DNA of 61,106 nucleotides from a virus (Duplodnaviria > Caudoviricetes). A program made the translations under genes and the position numbers. The notes below the pieces were generated by a model. That model made no database searches and was not told where the DNA came from. It saw only the letters and a program-made list of their open reading frames with translations. This document shows, piece after piece, positions 45,044 to 56,972 of the stretch (position 1 is its first letter; each line of letters starts with the position of its first letter). The DNA lies in IMG/VR virus record IMGVR_UViG_3300027969_000110, positions 1 through 61,106 of that record, one strand, 5' to 3'.

Positions 45044-45754
45044 ATGAAGGGCAAAGCTAAGGTTCCAAGTCTAACACACCAGCAAGTTCGGGATGCTTTG
45101 GACTACAATCCTGCTACCGGGGTGTTTGTGTGGAAGATCAGCCCGGCAAAGAATGTAAAATCTGGAACCACTGCTGGCGGAAATAGCAAAGGCAATGGCT
45201 ATCGCTATATCCGGCTTAGTGGGGAAGAGATTACTGAATGTCGAATGGCTTGGTTTTATATGACGGGGCAATGGCCGGAGCGAAGGGTTCGGTTCAAGAA
45301 CGGCGATAAATCAGATTGTCGTTTTAAAAATCTAACTCTTTTTAATGGTCTTGCTGGTGAATTTGACCATAAGACACGAGAGGGCCGCAGGGCTTATCAA
45401 AATGCTTATCGGGCAATGACACCAAACCAGCAGAAAGCTCGTGCTTTACGCGATAGCTTTGATCTTTCGCTTGATAAATACAACAAAATGTTTGAGGCCC
45501 AACATGGCAAATGCGCTATCTGTAACCAGCCAGAAACGCAGATGCGTAAAGGAAGGCTAAAAACATTAGCTGTCGATCATAACCACAAAAGTGGTGCAAT
45601 TCGGGGCTTGTTGTGTTTTGATTGCAATACAGGCATTGGAAAGCTAAAGGATGATCCTCAAATCCTCCGGCTGGCTGCCCAATATCTGGACTTTCATTCT
45701 AGGCACCTAAACCATCTGACCGGCCTAGCGGACGCTGCACAGACAGATGGTTGA
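45044..45754 (+). CDS. Free-standing homing endonuclease: degenerate HNH-like N-domain plus endonuclease VII domain
   Basis: LDYNPATGVFVW...; CAIC...LAVDHNH..G.IRGLLCFDCN.GIG; own promoter TTGACA-N18-TATGGT at 44989-45018. Confidence 0.8.
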   Translation: MKGKAKVPSLTHQQVRDALDYNPATGVFVWKISPAKNVKSGTTAGGNSKGNGYRYIRLSGEEITECRMAWFYMTGQWPERRVRFKNGDKSDCRFKNLTLFNGLAGEFDHKTREGRRAYQNAYRAMTPNQQKARALRDSFDLSLDKYNKMFEAQHGKCAICNQPETQMRKGRLKTLAVDHNHKSGAIRGLLCFDCNTGIGKLKDDPQILRLAAQYLDFHSRHLNHLTGLADAAQTDG

Positions 45755-45767
45755 CTCGTGCAGGAGG
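45699..45767 (+). ncRNA. Candidate pseudoknotted cis-regulatory RNA
   Basis: Stem AACCATCTG/CAGATGGTT enclosing CCG-GCCTAG-CGG, whose loop complements upstream CTAGGC; TGCAC complements GTGCA next to the RBS. Confidence 0.4.
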
Positions 45768-45772
45768 TTCCT

Positions 45773-46219
45773 ATGGGAACAAGCACTTTTACCGGCCCCC
45801 TGAAGGCTGGCGATGTTATCGACACGACTGGCACTACGCCGGGTACTGTCTCGAATGTGGGCTTCGTTGCAATGGCACAGACTGCGGCTATCACGCAGGC
45901 TGGCTCGGCTACGGCGTATAAAACCGACATCTGCATTCCGGCCTACAGCCATATCTTGAACATCCAGTTCTTGAACTCGACTGCTTGGGCTGCAACGAAC
46001 ACCGTTAGCGTTGGCACTAGTGCGACCGCTACTGAACTGGTTGCTAGTGTGGCTATGACTCAGGGTCAGGTTTCGGCTAACCCCGGAGCGGACGCAACTC
46101 GTGTCGCCAACTGGTCAAATGTCGGCGCTAACGATGTGATCATCTATGTCCTGTCCACCAACGCTGGTGCAGGCGTCGGTGACATCGTTGTTCGTTACAT
46201 CCAAGCTGAAAACGCTTAA
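45773..46219 (+). CDS. Virion structural protein
   Basis: MGTSTFTGPLKAG; beta-rich; AGGAGG RBS. Confidence 0.65.
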   Translation: MGTSTFTGPLKAGDVIDTTGTTPGTVSNVGFVAMAQTAAITQAGSATAYKTDICIPAYSHILNIQFLNSTAWAATNTVSVGTSATATELVASVAMTQGQVSANPGADATRVANWSNVGANDVIIYVLSTNAGAGVGDIVVRYIQAENA

Positions 46220-46240
46220 TCAGAGCCATAGGAGGTTCAC

Positions 46241-46540
46241 ATGAAAGGTCGCATTGCTCGTAAGGATGGCGGTCCTGCTAAGGGCGTCAACGAAATGGCT
46301 CAGGATTCTTCTAAGAAGAACATGCGCTATACCTATCAGTCCAACGTCAACGATGAAGCTGAAGAGCGGAAGCGTGGCGGTAAAGCTGTCGGTAAGGTTA
46401 AGGGCGAAAAGGGTAAGGCTGACATGGGTCGCGCCCCCCGCAAGTCTGGTGGCCGCACTGGTTCGAACATGAACCCGCTGTCGTCTGCCGCGAAGGGGAC
46501 GAATGCCCCCGGTCGTGACACTTCTGGCAGCCTGTCGTAA
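46241..46540 (+). CDS. Small basic GG-motif protein
   Basis: RKDGG, RKRGG, RKSGG; AGGAGG RBS. Confidence 0.65.
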   Translation: MKGRIARKDGGPAKGVNEMAQDSSKKNMRYTYQSNVNDEAEERKRGGKAVGKVKGEKGKADMGRAPRKSGGRTGSNMNPLSSAAKGTNAPGRDTSGSLS

Positions 46541-46566
46541 TCATCCTCCCTGATTACTGGTTGCGG

Positions 46567-46590
46567 ACGGGGGCTTCATGCCCCCGTTTT
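46567..46590 (+). terminator. Rho-independent terminator
   Basis: ACGGGGGC-TTCAT-GCCCCCGT-TTT. Confidence 0.75.
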
Positions 46591-46604
46591 CATAGGAGAG
46601 TGCT

Positions 46605-46844
46605 ATGTCTGGTGCTTGGACACGCAAAGAGGGCAAGAACCCTGAAGGTGGGCTTAATGAGAAGGGCCGGGCCTCTTTGAGGGCGCAGGGCCATGACATT
46701 AAGCGTCCACAGCCAGAAGGGGGGTCGCGAAAAGATTCATTTTGTAGTAGGATGACTGGCATGAAGCGGAAAATGACTGGTTCTGCCAAAGCTGCGGACC
46801 CTGATAGCCGCATCAACAAGTCACTTCGAAAGTGGGATTGCTGA
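46605..46844 (+). CDS. Conserved small basic phage protein (DUF6321-like)
   Basis: AWTRKEGKNP.GGLN.KGRAS...SFCSRM...DPDSRINKSLRKWDC. Confidence 0.65.
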   Translation: MSGAWTRKEGKNPEGGLNEKGRASLRAQGHDIKRPQPEGGSRKDSFCSRMTGMKRKMTGSAKAADPDSRINKSLRKWDC

Positions 46845-46845
46845 C

Positions 46846-47007
46846 ATGAGCAAGCCTTTCTGGGAGAAAGACGCGCCAAAAGATGCTAAAGAGAAGCATC
46901 TTGATCGCAAGCAGAAGCAATCTGCTAAGGCGATGGCTAGAGCTGCTGGACGGCCCTATCCAAATTTGGTTGATAATGCCGCTGCGGCTCGCACGAAAAG
47001 GAAGTGA
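46846..47007 (+). CDS. 53-aa basic protein
   Basis: MSKPFWEK...AKAMARAAGRPYPNLVDN; fills the gap between genes exactly; below ORF track cutoff. Confidence 0.6.
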   Translation: MSKPFWEKDAPKDAKEKHLDRKQKQSAKAMARAAGRPYPNLVDNAAAARTKRK

Positions 47008-47008
47008 C

Positions 47009-47332
47009 ATGAAGCTCACGACAATCACAGCGTCTGGCGTTAGCCGCAGCAATGTCTGCGCCGTTGACGACTTTCAGGCCCCCTTCAATATCGGGATTGG
47101 CGCAAAACTCGTCTCTGGCGCGGCTACCTTTAACATCGAATACTCGTTCGATGATCCGATGGCAGATGGCTACACGGCGGCGGGTGCAACTTGGTACGTT
47201 GCTACGGGCTTTTCCGGTGTCAGCGCCTCTACTGGTGGCGCGTTTACCATTCCGTGTAAGGCGATCTCGATCAACATTACCGCTAGTGCCGGTACTGTCA
47301 CGGCTACGATCATCCAAGCTGGGCCTGTCTAA
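47009..47332 (+). CDS. Virion structural protein
   Basis: MKLTTITASG...PFNIG...EYSFDDP...QAG. Confidence 0.6.
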   Translation: MKLTTITASGVSRSNVCAVDDFQAPFNIGIGAKLVSGAATFNIEYSFDDPMADGYTAAGATWYVATGFSGVSASTGGAFTIPCKAISINITASAGTVTATIIQAGPV

Positions 47333-48051
47333 TGGCGACCTCTAACACCTATGCGTTCAACCCCGGTTTAGGCGAGCTTACGCTCTATGCCTACAACCTG
47401 ATTGGTGTCCGCAATACCGCCGTGCTTCAGGAGCATATGGAGGCCGCTCGTATGGCTTCTAACATGCTCTTGGCGCGTTGGTCTAATCAGGGTGTTAACT
47501 TGTGGGCGGTTGATCTCGTTGAGACAACGCTTGTGACGGGCCAATCGACGTACCCGGTGGACGGAAATACCGTAGCAATTCTCGATGCTTACGTGACAAA
47601 TGACCAGACCGGCGAGAACATCGACCGCATCATCTTGCCGGTAAGCCGCACTGAATATGCCAGCTATCCCAATAAGGAACAGCAGGGCTTTCCTACGGTC
47701 TACTGGTTTGACAGGCTGATCAGCGCATCGCGTTCGACTGGTTCAGCGGGTCCGTCCGTGACACTTTGGCCCGTGCCGAATGTGGACAATGGCCCTTCGA
47801 CGCTGAAATACTATCGTGTTCGGCAAATTCAGGATTCGGCGCTTCAAAACGGCCAAACCGTTGAAATCCCTTACCTTTGGCTGGAAGCGTTTGCGTATGC
47901 ACTTGCCCTTCGTCTTGCTCAGATATGGAATCCTAATGCTATCCCGCTCATTAAGCCGATGGCAGATGAGTCGTATCAGATCGCGGCGGATCAGAACATT
48001 GAGACTGCCCAGCAATACATCAGCCCCATGATCAGCGGGTACTTCCGATAA
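47332..48051 (+). CDS. Head-tail adaptor / tail tubular protein A-like
   Basis: MATSNTYAFN...WSNQGVNLW...SRTEY...PNK.Q.G.P..YWFDR..LWPVP. Confidence 0.7.
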   Translation: MATSNTYAFNPGLGELTLYAYNLIGVRNTAVLQEHMEAARMASNMLLARWSNQGVNLWAVDLVETTLVTGQSTYPVDGNTVAILDAYVTNDQTGENIDRIILPVSRTEYASYPNKEQQGFPTVYWFDRLISASRSTGSAGPSVTLWPVPNVDNGPSTLKYYRVRQIQDSALQNGQTVEIPYLWLEAFAYALALRLAQIWNPNAIPLIKPMADESYQIAADQNIETAQQYISPMISGYFR

Positions 48052-48061
48052 GGGGACATAG

Positions 48062-48796
48062 ATGGGGTACGCATCACGGTCAGGACGCGCCAGAACAGAC
48101 GCCCGCAACCCGCGAGCTTTTGCCGTCTGCGACCGTTGCGCCATCTGGTACAACCATAACCAGCTTACTTGGCAGTATGACTGGGCTGGCGCGTCTCTTG
48201 TCAACAAACGCATCTTGGTCTGCAATACGTGCTATGACACGCCTCAAGAGCAACTTCGTGCCATTATCGTGCCTGCCGATCCCGTCCCGATTGTGAACCC
48301 GCGCGTTGAGCCATACGCTTGGGACGAGATCGACCGCCGTCAGGTGTCTGGTTATGACACAACGAGCCAAGTGACTGGTATCCCGGTTCAGGCTGGCCCC
48401 TCTCGCGCGACGACTATCAATAGCACTGTGCCGGATGGCATTCGTGTCACGCAGCAGACTGGCGAAGCTCCGGGCGGCAAGAACCAACTGCCCGGCACCG
48501 ACCCAAATGCCGTGACATTCAGAAATGTTGTCTCTGTCACGAACAATGGCATTGGGGTAATTCGGATCACGGTTAGCCTGACTTCAGGGTTCATCACCGG
48601 CCAGCGTGTCATCATTCAGGAAGTTGCTGGCGTCACCAATGCCAATGGGCGTTGGACGATCACGGTCATCAACCCGCAGCAGTTTGACCTTCAGAACTCC
48701 AGTTTCGCTGGCGCGTACACCAGCGGCGGATATGTTATAAATGATCCAAGCTTGCCTTATGGGTTCGATCAAATCCCGCGCACTGGACCTCTCTGA
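48062..48796 (+). CDS. Virion protein with CxxC zinc motifs and C-terminal beta domain
   Basis: AFAVCDRC...[13 protein letters not shown]; C-terminal domain G..V.I..V.G...NG.W.IT..F.L. Confidence 0.6.
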   Translation: MGYASRSGRARTDARNPRAFAVCDRCAIWYNHNQLTWQYDWAGASLVNKRILVCNTCYDTPQEQLRAIIVPADPVPIVNPRVEPYAWDEIDRRQVSGYDTTSQVTGIPVQAGPSRATTINSTVPDGIRVTQQTGEAPGGKNQLPGTDPNAVTFRNVVSVTNNGIGVIRITVSLTSGFITGQRVIIQEVAGVTNANGRWTITVINPQQFDLQNSSFAGAYTSGGYVINDPSLPYGFDQIPRTGPL

Positions 48797-50991
48797 TGCC
48801 CACATACTCTAGTAACATCCAAATCCCCAATCTTGGCGCTGTCACTTCGCTGAATGGCACGGAACAGATTGAGGTGGTGCAAGCTGGCGTATCCAAGCGG
48901 GCTACGACGCTACAGCTTGCCAATCTGCTGGGTGGCGGTGCTACGGGGCCTATCGGGCCAGTAGGCGCGACGGGACCAACCGGCCCCACGGGTAACTCTG
49001 GCCCCACCGGTCCTACGGGAGTGCAGGGCGTCACCGGACCAACGGGGCCAACTGGCCCCACCGGGCCTACAGGGCCTACGGGTTTTGGTGCCACCGGCCC
49101 CACCGGCCCCACCGGGATACAGGGAATTACCGGGCCTACCGGCCCCACGGGTGCCACGGGCGCAGCTTCAACCGTCGCCGGTCCAACGGGCCCCACAGGG
49201 CCCACGGGAGCCACAGGGGCGAATTCAACAGTCGCAGGCCCCACTGGGCCCACCGGCCCCACTGGAGCCACCGGAGCAGCATCCACTGTGGCTGGCCCGA
49301 CTGGTCCTACGGGTCCAACTGGCGCTACGGGAGCCGCTTCTACAGTCGCGGGGCCTACTGGTCCAACCGGGCCTACGGGTGCAACAGGAAACGGCGGTCC
49401 AACTGGCGCAACCGGCGCAGCTTCAACCGTCGCTGGCCCCACCGGCCCCACCGGGCCTACTGGTGCCACAGGGGCCGCCTCTACGGTTGCGGGCCCGACA
49501 GGCCCTACCGGCCCCACGGGCGCCACGGGTGCCACGGGCGCAGCTTCCACGGTTGCAGGGCCTACGGGGCCTACTGGTTCTGCCTCAACAGTTGCCGGCC
49601 CCACAGGCCCCACTGGCCCTACAGGAGCATCCTCCACTGTCGCGGGGCCGACGGGTCCAACGGGTCCAACTGGCGCTGCGTCTTCAGTGGCTGGTCCCAC
49701 TGGCCCCACTGGCCCCGCTGGGACAGGGACAAATATATCTGTTTCAGACGAAGGTTCACTGCTTACGTCAAGTGTGACAAGCTTCAATTTTGTTGGAACT
49801 GGTGTGACTGCAACGGCTGCGACCAATGCTGTTACTGTGACAATTCCCGGAGGCGCTAGTTTTACGTGGCAAACTGTAAAAACAGCTAGTTTTACCGCAG
49901 TTGTTGGAAACGCATATCCGGTCAATACAACATCTGGAGCGGTGACAGTTACGCTTCCTGCCAGCCCATCTGCTGGTGAGGTTGTTCAGATAACGGACTA
50001 TGCGGGGACGTTTGGAACAAATATTTGTACAGTTAATCCCAATGGTGGAAAATTAAATGGAATAGCAACTAACGCAAATTTTTCTATATCCCGTGAAAGT
50101 GTTGCCATCGTTTACATTGATTCAACGCAGGGGTGGATTGCATATTCCGGTTTTGCAAATACTCCTCTAATTACTCAATACACTGCATCTTATCTCATTA
50201 CTGCTGGAGGAGGAGGTGGTGGAACATGGATTGGCGGCGGCGGCGGTGCTGGTGGCCTTCTAACAGGAACAACAACTTTTACGCCCGGCACAGTTTATTC
50301 CGCTGTTATTGGTGCTGGTGGCGCTGGATCTTCAAGCAGAGCCTCTTCTGGAACAAGTGGGTCTACCACTACATTTACAGGATTAACATCTCCAACTGGG
50401 GGCGGCGGCGGCGGGTCATATACCTCTGGTGGAGCACCTTCAACCCCCGGCAGCGGTGGTTCTGGAGGTGGTGGCTCAGGCTATCCTTCTAACTCTTCAC
50501 CGGGTGGCTCTGGAACATCTGGTCAGGGCAGTGCGGGTGGAACAGGGGCATCAGCATCTCCGTATGGCGGTGGTGGTGGTGGCGGCGCATCTGCCGTTGG
50601 CGGGGTGCAATCTGGAACAACCGCTGGCGCTGGCGGCGCTGGCACAGCATCATCAATTACAGGATCATCAGTCACTTATGCAGGCGGCGGCGGAGGCTCT
50701 CCTACTAGTGGTGCTAATACTGGCGGCTCTGGAGGTGCGGGCGGTGGCGGTGCCGGTGGAAATGGAGGGGCTGCTGGAACAGCAGGCACTGCAAATATTG
50801 GTGGTGGTGGCGGCGGCGGAAGCAATGATGGTACAAATGCTTTGGCCGGCGGAACTGGTGGATCTGGCGTTGTAATTATTTCAATTCCAACAGCCAATTA
50901 CACTGGCACGGTAACTGGTTCCCCTACAGTTACGACATCAGGGTCTAACACCATCATTAAATTTACCGGATCAGGGAGCTATACGGCATGA
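48796..50991 (+). CDS. Collagen-like tail fibre with glycine-rich C-terminal domain
   Basis: Long (GPT)n runs interrupted by AASTVA; [18 protein letters not shown]; GGGGG-rich tip ending FTGSGSYTA. Confidence 0.85.
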   Translation: MPTYSSNIQIPNLGAVTSLNGTEQIEVVQAGVSKRATTLQLANLLGGGATGPIGPVGATGPTGPTGNSGPTGPTGVQGVTGPTGPTGPTGPTGPTGFGATGPTGPTGIQGITGPTGPTGATGAASTVAGPTGPTGPTGATGANSTVAGPTGPTGPTGATGAASTVAGPTGPTGPTGATGAASTVAGPTGPTGPTGATGNGGPTGATGAASTVAGPTGPTGPTGATGAASTVAGPTGPTGPTGATGATGAASTVAGPTGPTGSASTVAGPTGPTGPTGASSTVAGPTGPTGPTGAASSVAGPTGPTGPAGTGTNISVSDEGSLLTSSVTSFNFVGTGVTATAATNAVTVTIPGGASFTWQTVKTASFTAVVGNAYPVNTTSGAVTVTLPASPSAGEVVQITDYAGTFGTNICTVNPNGGKLNGIATNANFSISRESVAIVYIDSTQGWIAYSGFANTPLITQYTASYLITAGGGGGGTWIGGGGGAGGLLTGTTTFTPGTVYSAVIGAGGAGSSSRASSGTSGSTTTFTGLTSPTGGGGGGSYTSGGAPSTPGSGGSGGGGSGYPSNSSPGGSGTSGQGSAGGTGASASPYGGGGGGGASAVGGVQSGTTAGAGGAGTASSITGSSVTYAGGGGGSPTSGANTGGSGGAGGGGAGGNGGAAGTAGTANIGGGGGGGSNDGTNALAGGTGGSGVVIISIPTANYTGTVTGSPTVTTSGSNTIIKFTGSGSYTA

Positions 50992-51365
50992 GCCACTTTT
51001 CTAAAGTTCTAGATGGCAAAGTTGTCCAAGTCATTGTCGCTGAGCCCGACTTCTTCAACACATTTGTTGATAGTTCGCCGGGGACATGGATACAGACCAG
51101 TTACAACACCCGTGGCGGGTTGCATTATGGTTCAGATGGGCAACCGGATGGCGGTGTGGCATTGCGTGGCAACTACGCTGGCATTGGGTACATTTATGAT
51201 GCCCCCAACGATGTTTTCTACGCGCCGCAACCGTATGGGTCATGGACCCTAAATCAAACGACATGGTTGTGGGAGCCGCCGGTGGCTTATCCTGCTGATG
51301 GTAAATTGTATCTTTGGGATGAGCCGACAAAAAACTGGATGTTAGCGCCCGATCAGGAGCAATAG
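50988..51365 (+). CDS. Tail-fibre-associated protein
   Basis: [35 protein letters not shown]...W..PV.YP. Confidence 0.7.
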   Translation: MSHFSKVLDGKVVQVIVAEPDFFNTFVDSSPGTWIQTSYNTRGGLHYGSDGQPDGGVALRGNYAGIGYIYDAPNDVFYAPQPYGSWTLNQTTWLWEPPVAYPADGKLYLWDEPTKNWMLAPDQEQ

Positions 51366-51368
51366 GCG

Positions 51369-51470
51369 ATGACTATTTCTCGCAACCTATCAATTCTTGC
51401 GGAAGGAGCCAGCGCCTCTGGTGTTCTTGCGCCCGCCAATGCGGCAGGCAGTTTCTTCTTCATGTTCTGA
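51369..51470 (+). CDS. 33-aa mini fibre-like ORF or remnant
   Basis: MTISRNLSILAEGASASGVLAPANAAGSFFFMF. Confidence 0.4.
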   Translation: MTISRNLSILAEGASASGVLAPANAAGSFFFMF

Positions 51471-51523
51471 TCAAGTTGATACATAACTGAAATTGTGGCA
51501 AAAAGGGTCGTCGGAGTCACCAC

Positions 51524-52722
<1,199 letters not shown>

Positions 52723-52723
<1 letters not shown>

Positions 52724-53205
52724 TGGCTGTTACAGCAACCCCAATTTTCGCCCAGACCGCCAACGTAGGCGCGCTGAATGCGATTATCTCAACCGCGATG
52801 ACTAACACCACTGCCTTTGATGGCACGATGGCGGCGGGCACTGCAATGGCGCTCTGCTACACGGCAGGCGCAAACGGGTCTCGCATTGACCAGATACAAA
52901 TTAAGTTTGCGTCTACCAACGGCGCAACTGCTTCGGGAACATCGTCCGCTACGTTGGTTCGCCTTTGGATCAATAACGGTTCTGTAAATACCACAGCAGG
53001 AAACAACATTTTCTTGGGTGAAGTGGCGATGCCTGCAACTACTGTGACTGCGCTTGGGACGACCGCTAACACCGTGTACGGTCTTGCGGTTCCTGTTGGC
53101 GGGCTCAATATCCCTGCGGGTTATCGCATCTATGCTGGCCTCACCGTTGCTGCTGGCGGCACCAATATCGCTATTGCAATCAACACCATCGGTGGAGATT
53201 ACTAA
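52723..53205 (+). CDS. Fibre tip/accessory structural protein
   Basis: MAVTATPIF...TAGANGSRID...GGDY. Confidence 0.6.
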
Positions 53206-54308
53206 TGAGCGTCCCACAACAACTTTCTGGCTTTAACAATCAGCTTCCACCACGCCAGCCGATTAGAAACATCACGGCTGCGTATCAAGTCACGGGCGCT
53301 GATTACGGCCAGACTCTTAGTTGTACGGGGGCAACATCATATACTGTTTCGCTAACTTCTGCGGCGTCTATTGGGGCGGGATTTAATTTTACTATTTGGA
53401 ATAGAAGCACTTCGGCAACAACCATAATAACAATTGATCCAAACGGGTCTGAAACTATAGATGGAAAAACAACTCGCACAATTTACATTGGAGAGGGTCT
53501 ACAAATAATTTGTGATGGGTCTAATTGGCAAACGGGATCAAAAAAGACAATGCGGGCCTATGCTGAAAACATAGCGTCCGGCACTCAAGCAACTGCCACA
53601 GGCTCCAGTTCTGTTGCCATTGGGTATAACGCAGCTTCATCTCAGACTAGCAGTATATCGTTTGGGGCTCTTGCATCTTCGTCGGGTTCGTATGGCTCTG
53701 CAATCGGGCATCTTGCAGCAGCTTCTGGTGCATATTCTGTTGCCATTGGCTGGTCAACAATAGCTTCAAGCACAAGTTCTGTTGCCATCGGATTTAGTGC
53801 TCAAGCGTCAGGGCTAGCTTCTTTTGCTTTAGGCTCGTCTTGTAAGAGTCCATATGAAGGCAAATATGCTTATGCCTGTGATTTTATTTCCTCCGCGTCT
53901 GACAGCCAATATGGGCTAACGGTGCTACATGGAGGCACAACAACCGCAACACCTTTGATTCTATGGGCCGGGTCTTCAGGGTTTGCAACTGCAAACAATC
54001 AAGTCATTCTACCCGACAATTCGGCTTACACTTTTAGTATTCTTGTTGTTGCGCGACAATCCGCTGCGGGAGGAACAGCTTCTGCTGCTTGGAAAATAGA
54101 AGGTCTAATTCGCCGTGAAAGTGGTGTTGCGACCACAACAATTGTGGGGACTCCAACAACAACGGTAATTAGTAATGTTCCCGGATGGTCTATTGCCGTG
54201 TCCGCTGATACGACAAACGGGTGTCTTGCGCTTACGGCTACTGGCGCAAGTGCTACAAATATCAACTGGTCGGCCACCGTCCAAACATCTGAAGTCACTT
54301 ACGCATAG
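53205..54308 (+). CDS. Fibre protein with YadA-head-like repeats
   Basis: TIDPNGSETIDG; ~14-aa S.AIG..A.AS repeats. Confidence 0.65.
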   Translation: MSVPQQLSGFNNQLPPRQPIRNITAAYQVTGADYGQTLSCTGATSYTVSLTSAASIGAGFNFTIWNRSTSATTIITIDPNGSETIDGKTTRTIYIGEGLQIICDGSNWQTGSKKTMRAYAENIASGTQATATGSSSVAIGYNAASSQTSSISFGALASSSGSYGSAIGHLAAASGAYSVAIGWSTIASSTSSVAIGFSAQASGLASFALGSSCKSPYEGKYAYACDFISSASDSQYGLTVLHGGTTTATPLILWAGSSGFATANNQVILPDNSAYTFSILVVARQSAAGGTASAAWKIEGLIRRESGVATTTIVGTPTTTVISNVPGWSIAVSADTTNGCLALTATGASATNINWSATVQTSEVTYA

Positions 54309-54316
54309 GGTGCAGC

Positions 54317-54616
54317 ATGGCAATCCAACTTGATCTTCAAACTACTCAATATGGGATTGGTTTTCAGGGTGCATATTTTCGCATTTTGAAAACATTCATT
54401 TGTCGCGAAGAAAATCCCGCCGCCCGCTTTAGCGTCACAATTGACGTTGTTGGTTATGCGGGCCAACCACAGAATGCCAATCAAAAAGACATAGAGTGGC
54501 GGCAATATCGCGCACCTATGGACCAGATTGAAGTTCAATCCGGTGACAACTTTTTGGCGCGTTGCTACGAATGGGTAATGGCGCAACCTGACATGGTTGG
54601 CGCTGTGGCCGTGTAA
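54317..54616 (+). CDS. Tail fibre assembly-like protein
   Basis: MAIQLDL..TQYG..F.GAYFRI...CYEWVMAQPDM. Confidence 0.55.
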   Translation: MAIQLDLQTTQYGIGFQGAYFRILKTFICREENPAARFSVTIDVVGYAGQPQNANQKDIEWRQYRAPMDQIEVQSGDNFLARCYEWVMAQPDMVGAVAV

Positions 54617-54644
54617 TCTTCATCATGGCAAAGAGGGGGGTCTC

Positions 54645-56972
54645 ATGCCGTTTAGCTCAAAAGATGGTAAAAAGCACATCGAAAATATCGTATCTCGGCT
54701 TCCGCACCAAAGGATGCTTGATATTGGCTGTGGGTGCGGAACCTACGCCAAAATGTTCCCAGACGCTGACTGGACTGGCGTGGAAATATGGGGGGCATAC
54801 GTTGAGAAGTATGGTCTTGCGGGTTTGTATGGCAAACTTCACATTGAAGATGCTCGCATATGGACCCCAACGGATCATTATGACGTAGCCTTTGCTGGCG
54901 ATGTTCTTGAGCATATGACGGTTGATGAGGCCAAAAGTCTGTTGGCCCGCCTTAAGTCATGCGCCGATACGGTTGTTGTCAGCATTCCGATTGGGCATTA
55001 CCCACAGGAAGAATATGGGGGCAACCCTCACGAAGCACACGTCACCGACAATTGGACTGACGAAGAGGTTCGCCGGGTGTTTGGTGAGCCAAGCTGGGCA
55101 CATGTCGATGGCGAGATTGGCGTCTACATTTGGTCTAAACACCCGATCAGGCTCAAAATTTGCGTCTACGCGATCAGCAAGAATGAAGCGCACTTCATCC
55201 AACGGTTTTGCGAGTCTGCCAAAGAGGCCGACATGATCCTGATCGCGGACACTGGCAGCACTGACGGGCTACCGGAAGAGGCTGAAAGGCATGGCGCAAT
55301 TGTCCACCACATCAGCATCAGCCCGTGGCGTTTTGACACTGCCAGAAATGCGGCTTTGGCGCTCGTCCCGCGCGATATGGATGTCTGCATCAGTCTCGAC
55401 ATTGATGAGGTTCTTCAGCCCGGCTGGCGTGAGGAGATTGAACGTGTATGGGTCAAAGGCGAGACGACCAGACTGCGCTACATGTTTGATTGGGGCTGCG
55501 GCATCAACTTCTATTACGAGAAAATTCATGCCAAGCACGGCTACATGTGGCACCACCCCTGCCACGAATATCCAATCCCTGACGGGCGGATCACGGAAGT
55601 CTGGGCGCAGACAGACATGCTGCTTGCCGTCCACAAGCCCGACCCGACCAAGAGCCGGGGGCAGTACATGGATCTTCTGGAACTTTCTGTAAGGGAAGAC
55701 CCCCAGTGCCCGCGCAACGCCTTCTACTACGCCAGAGAGTTGAGCTTCCACGCCCGCTGGCAGGACAGCATCGACGCCTGCAAGAACTATCTGGGCCTCC
55801 CACGCGCCACATGGATGAACGAGCGGTGCTACGCCTACCGTGTCATGGGCCGCTGCTACAGTGAGCTTGGCAACGCAGCGGAGGCCGAAAAGGCGTTCCA
55901 GATGGCGGCGTCTGAGGCCCCCAACACCCGTGAGCCGTGGTGTGAGTTGGCGATCTTGTGCTACCGCCAACAGCGTTGGGAGGAGTGCTTTGCCTACTCC
56001 ATGCGGGCGCTGCAAATCACAAATCGGGAAGCGGTTTATACCTGTGACCCAGCAGTTTGGGGCTATCAGGCGCATGACTTGGCGGCGATTTCGGCTTGGA
56101 ATCTTGGCATCAAAGACATTGCCATCAAACAGGGCCAGATTGCCGTCGATCTGGAGCCACATGATGAGCGCCTGAAGGCCAACCTGAAGTTCTTCAAAGG
56201 CATCCAGAACGCGCCAAATGTTGTCCACTTCATCTATTTTGGCGGCGAAGGCTCCCGGCCCTACAGCTACACGAACTATCTGGCGGTCAGGGCTGCGGCG
56301 GATGTCCAGAAGCCCAGTGAAATCATCATGTGGTGCGATGATGAGCCGGTTGGCAATCCAAATTGGGACGCAATCCGGCCATATGTCACGATCAGGCATG
56401 TGTCTGCGCCCAAGACGATCTGCGGCATGGAACTGAAATACCGGCACTATCAGTCCGATGTTTTTCGCCTGCGGACCCTGCATGAGCATGGCGGCATCTA
56501 TCTGGACAACGATCTGGTCCTCACCAAATCGCTGGCACCCCTTATGAGCGACAAGATCGTAATGGGGTATGACGCGCCAGACACGGTGGATTCCATTGCC
56601 AATGCGGTCATCATCTGCCCTCCCGGCCATGAGTTCATCGACATCTGGCTGGCGCGTATGGCCGACCGGATCAGTGAGAAGTGGGCTGATCACTCGGTTG
56701 TGCTTGCCGCCGACTTGGCAAAAGAGTTCCCGCACCTGATCCAAGTGGAGCCGTATACATCATTCATCCCATTCCATTGGGACAATAGAGCGATCTTTGA
56801 CGAGACTGGCGACGGCGCTGATCTTACCAATGCCTATGGCGTACACCTCTGGGAGACGTTCTGGGGGGAAACACTGGCTCGCCTTAACGATGAATATCTG
56901 GCATATTCAACCAGTCAGTTCGCCGGCCTATTTGGCGCGTATGCAACCAAGTCAGCAATGGCAGCAGAGTGA
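54645..56972 (+). CDS. Fusion: SAM methyltransferase + GT2 glycosyltransferase + TPR + GT32-like DxD glycosyltransferase
   Basis: LDIGCGCG, GDVLEHM; ICVYAISKNE, DTGSTDG, ARNAAL, SLDIDE; TPR helices; PNVVHFIYFG, SDVFRL..L..HGGIYLDND. Confidence 0.85.
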   Translation: MPFSSKDGKKHIENIVSRLPHQRMLDIGCGCGTYAKMFPDADWTGVEIWGAYVEKYGLAGLYGKLHIEDARIWTPTDHYDVAFAGDVLEHMTVDEAKSLLARLKSCADTVVVSIPIGHYPQEEYGGNPHEAHVTDNWTDEEVRRVFGEPSWAHVDGEIGVYIWSKHPIRLKICVYAISKNEAHFIQRFCESAKEADMILIADTGSTDGLPEEAERHGAIVHHISISPWRFDTARNAALALVPRDMDVCISLDIDEVLQPGWREEIERVWVKGETTRLRYMFDWGCGINFYYEKIHAKHGYMWHHPCHEYPIPDGRITEVWAQTDMLLAVHKPDPTKSRGQYMDLLELSVREDPQCPRNAFYYARELSFHARWQDSIDACKNYLGLPRATWMNERCYAYRVMGRCYSELGNAAEAEKAFQMAASEAPNTREPWCELAILCYRQQRWEECFAYSMRALQITNREAVYTCDPAVWGYQAHDLAAISAWNLGIKDIAIKQGQIAVDLEPHDERLKANLKFFKGIQNAPNVVHFIYFGGEGSRPYSYTNYLAVRAAADVQKPSEIIMWCDDEPVGNPNWDAIRPYVTIRHVSAPKTICGMELKYRHYQSDVFRLRTLHEHGGIYLDNDLVLTKSLAPLMSDKIVMGYDAPDTVDSIANAVIICPPGHEFIDIWLARMADRISEKWADHSVVLAADLAKEFPHLIQVEPYTSFIPFHWDNRAIFDETGDGADLTNAYGVHLWETFWGETLARLNDEYLAYSTSQFAGLFGAYATKSAMAAE

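Noticed and set aside
55269-56744. 491-aa antisense ORF
   Set aside because: Shadow of the GC-rich glycosyltransferase gene, with no motifs.
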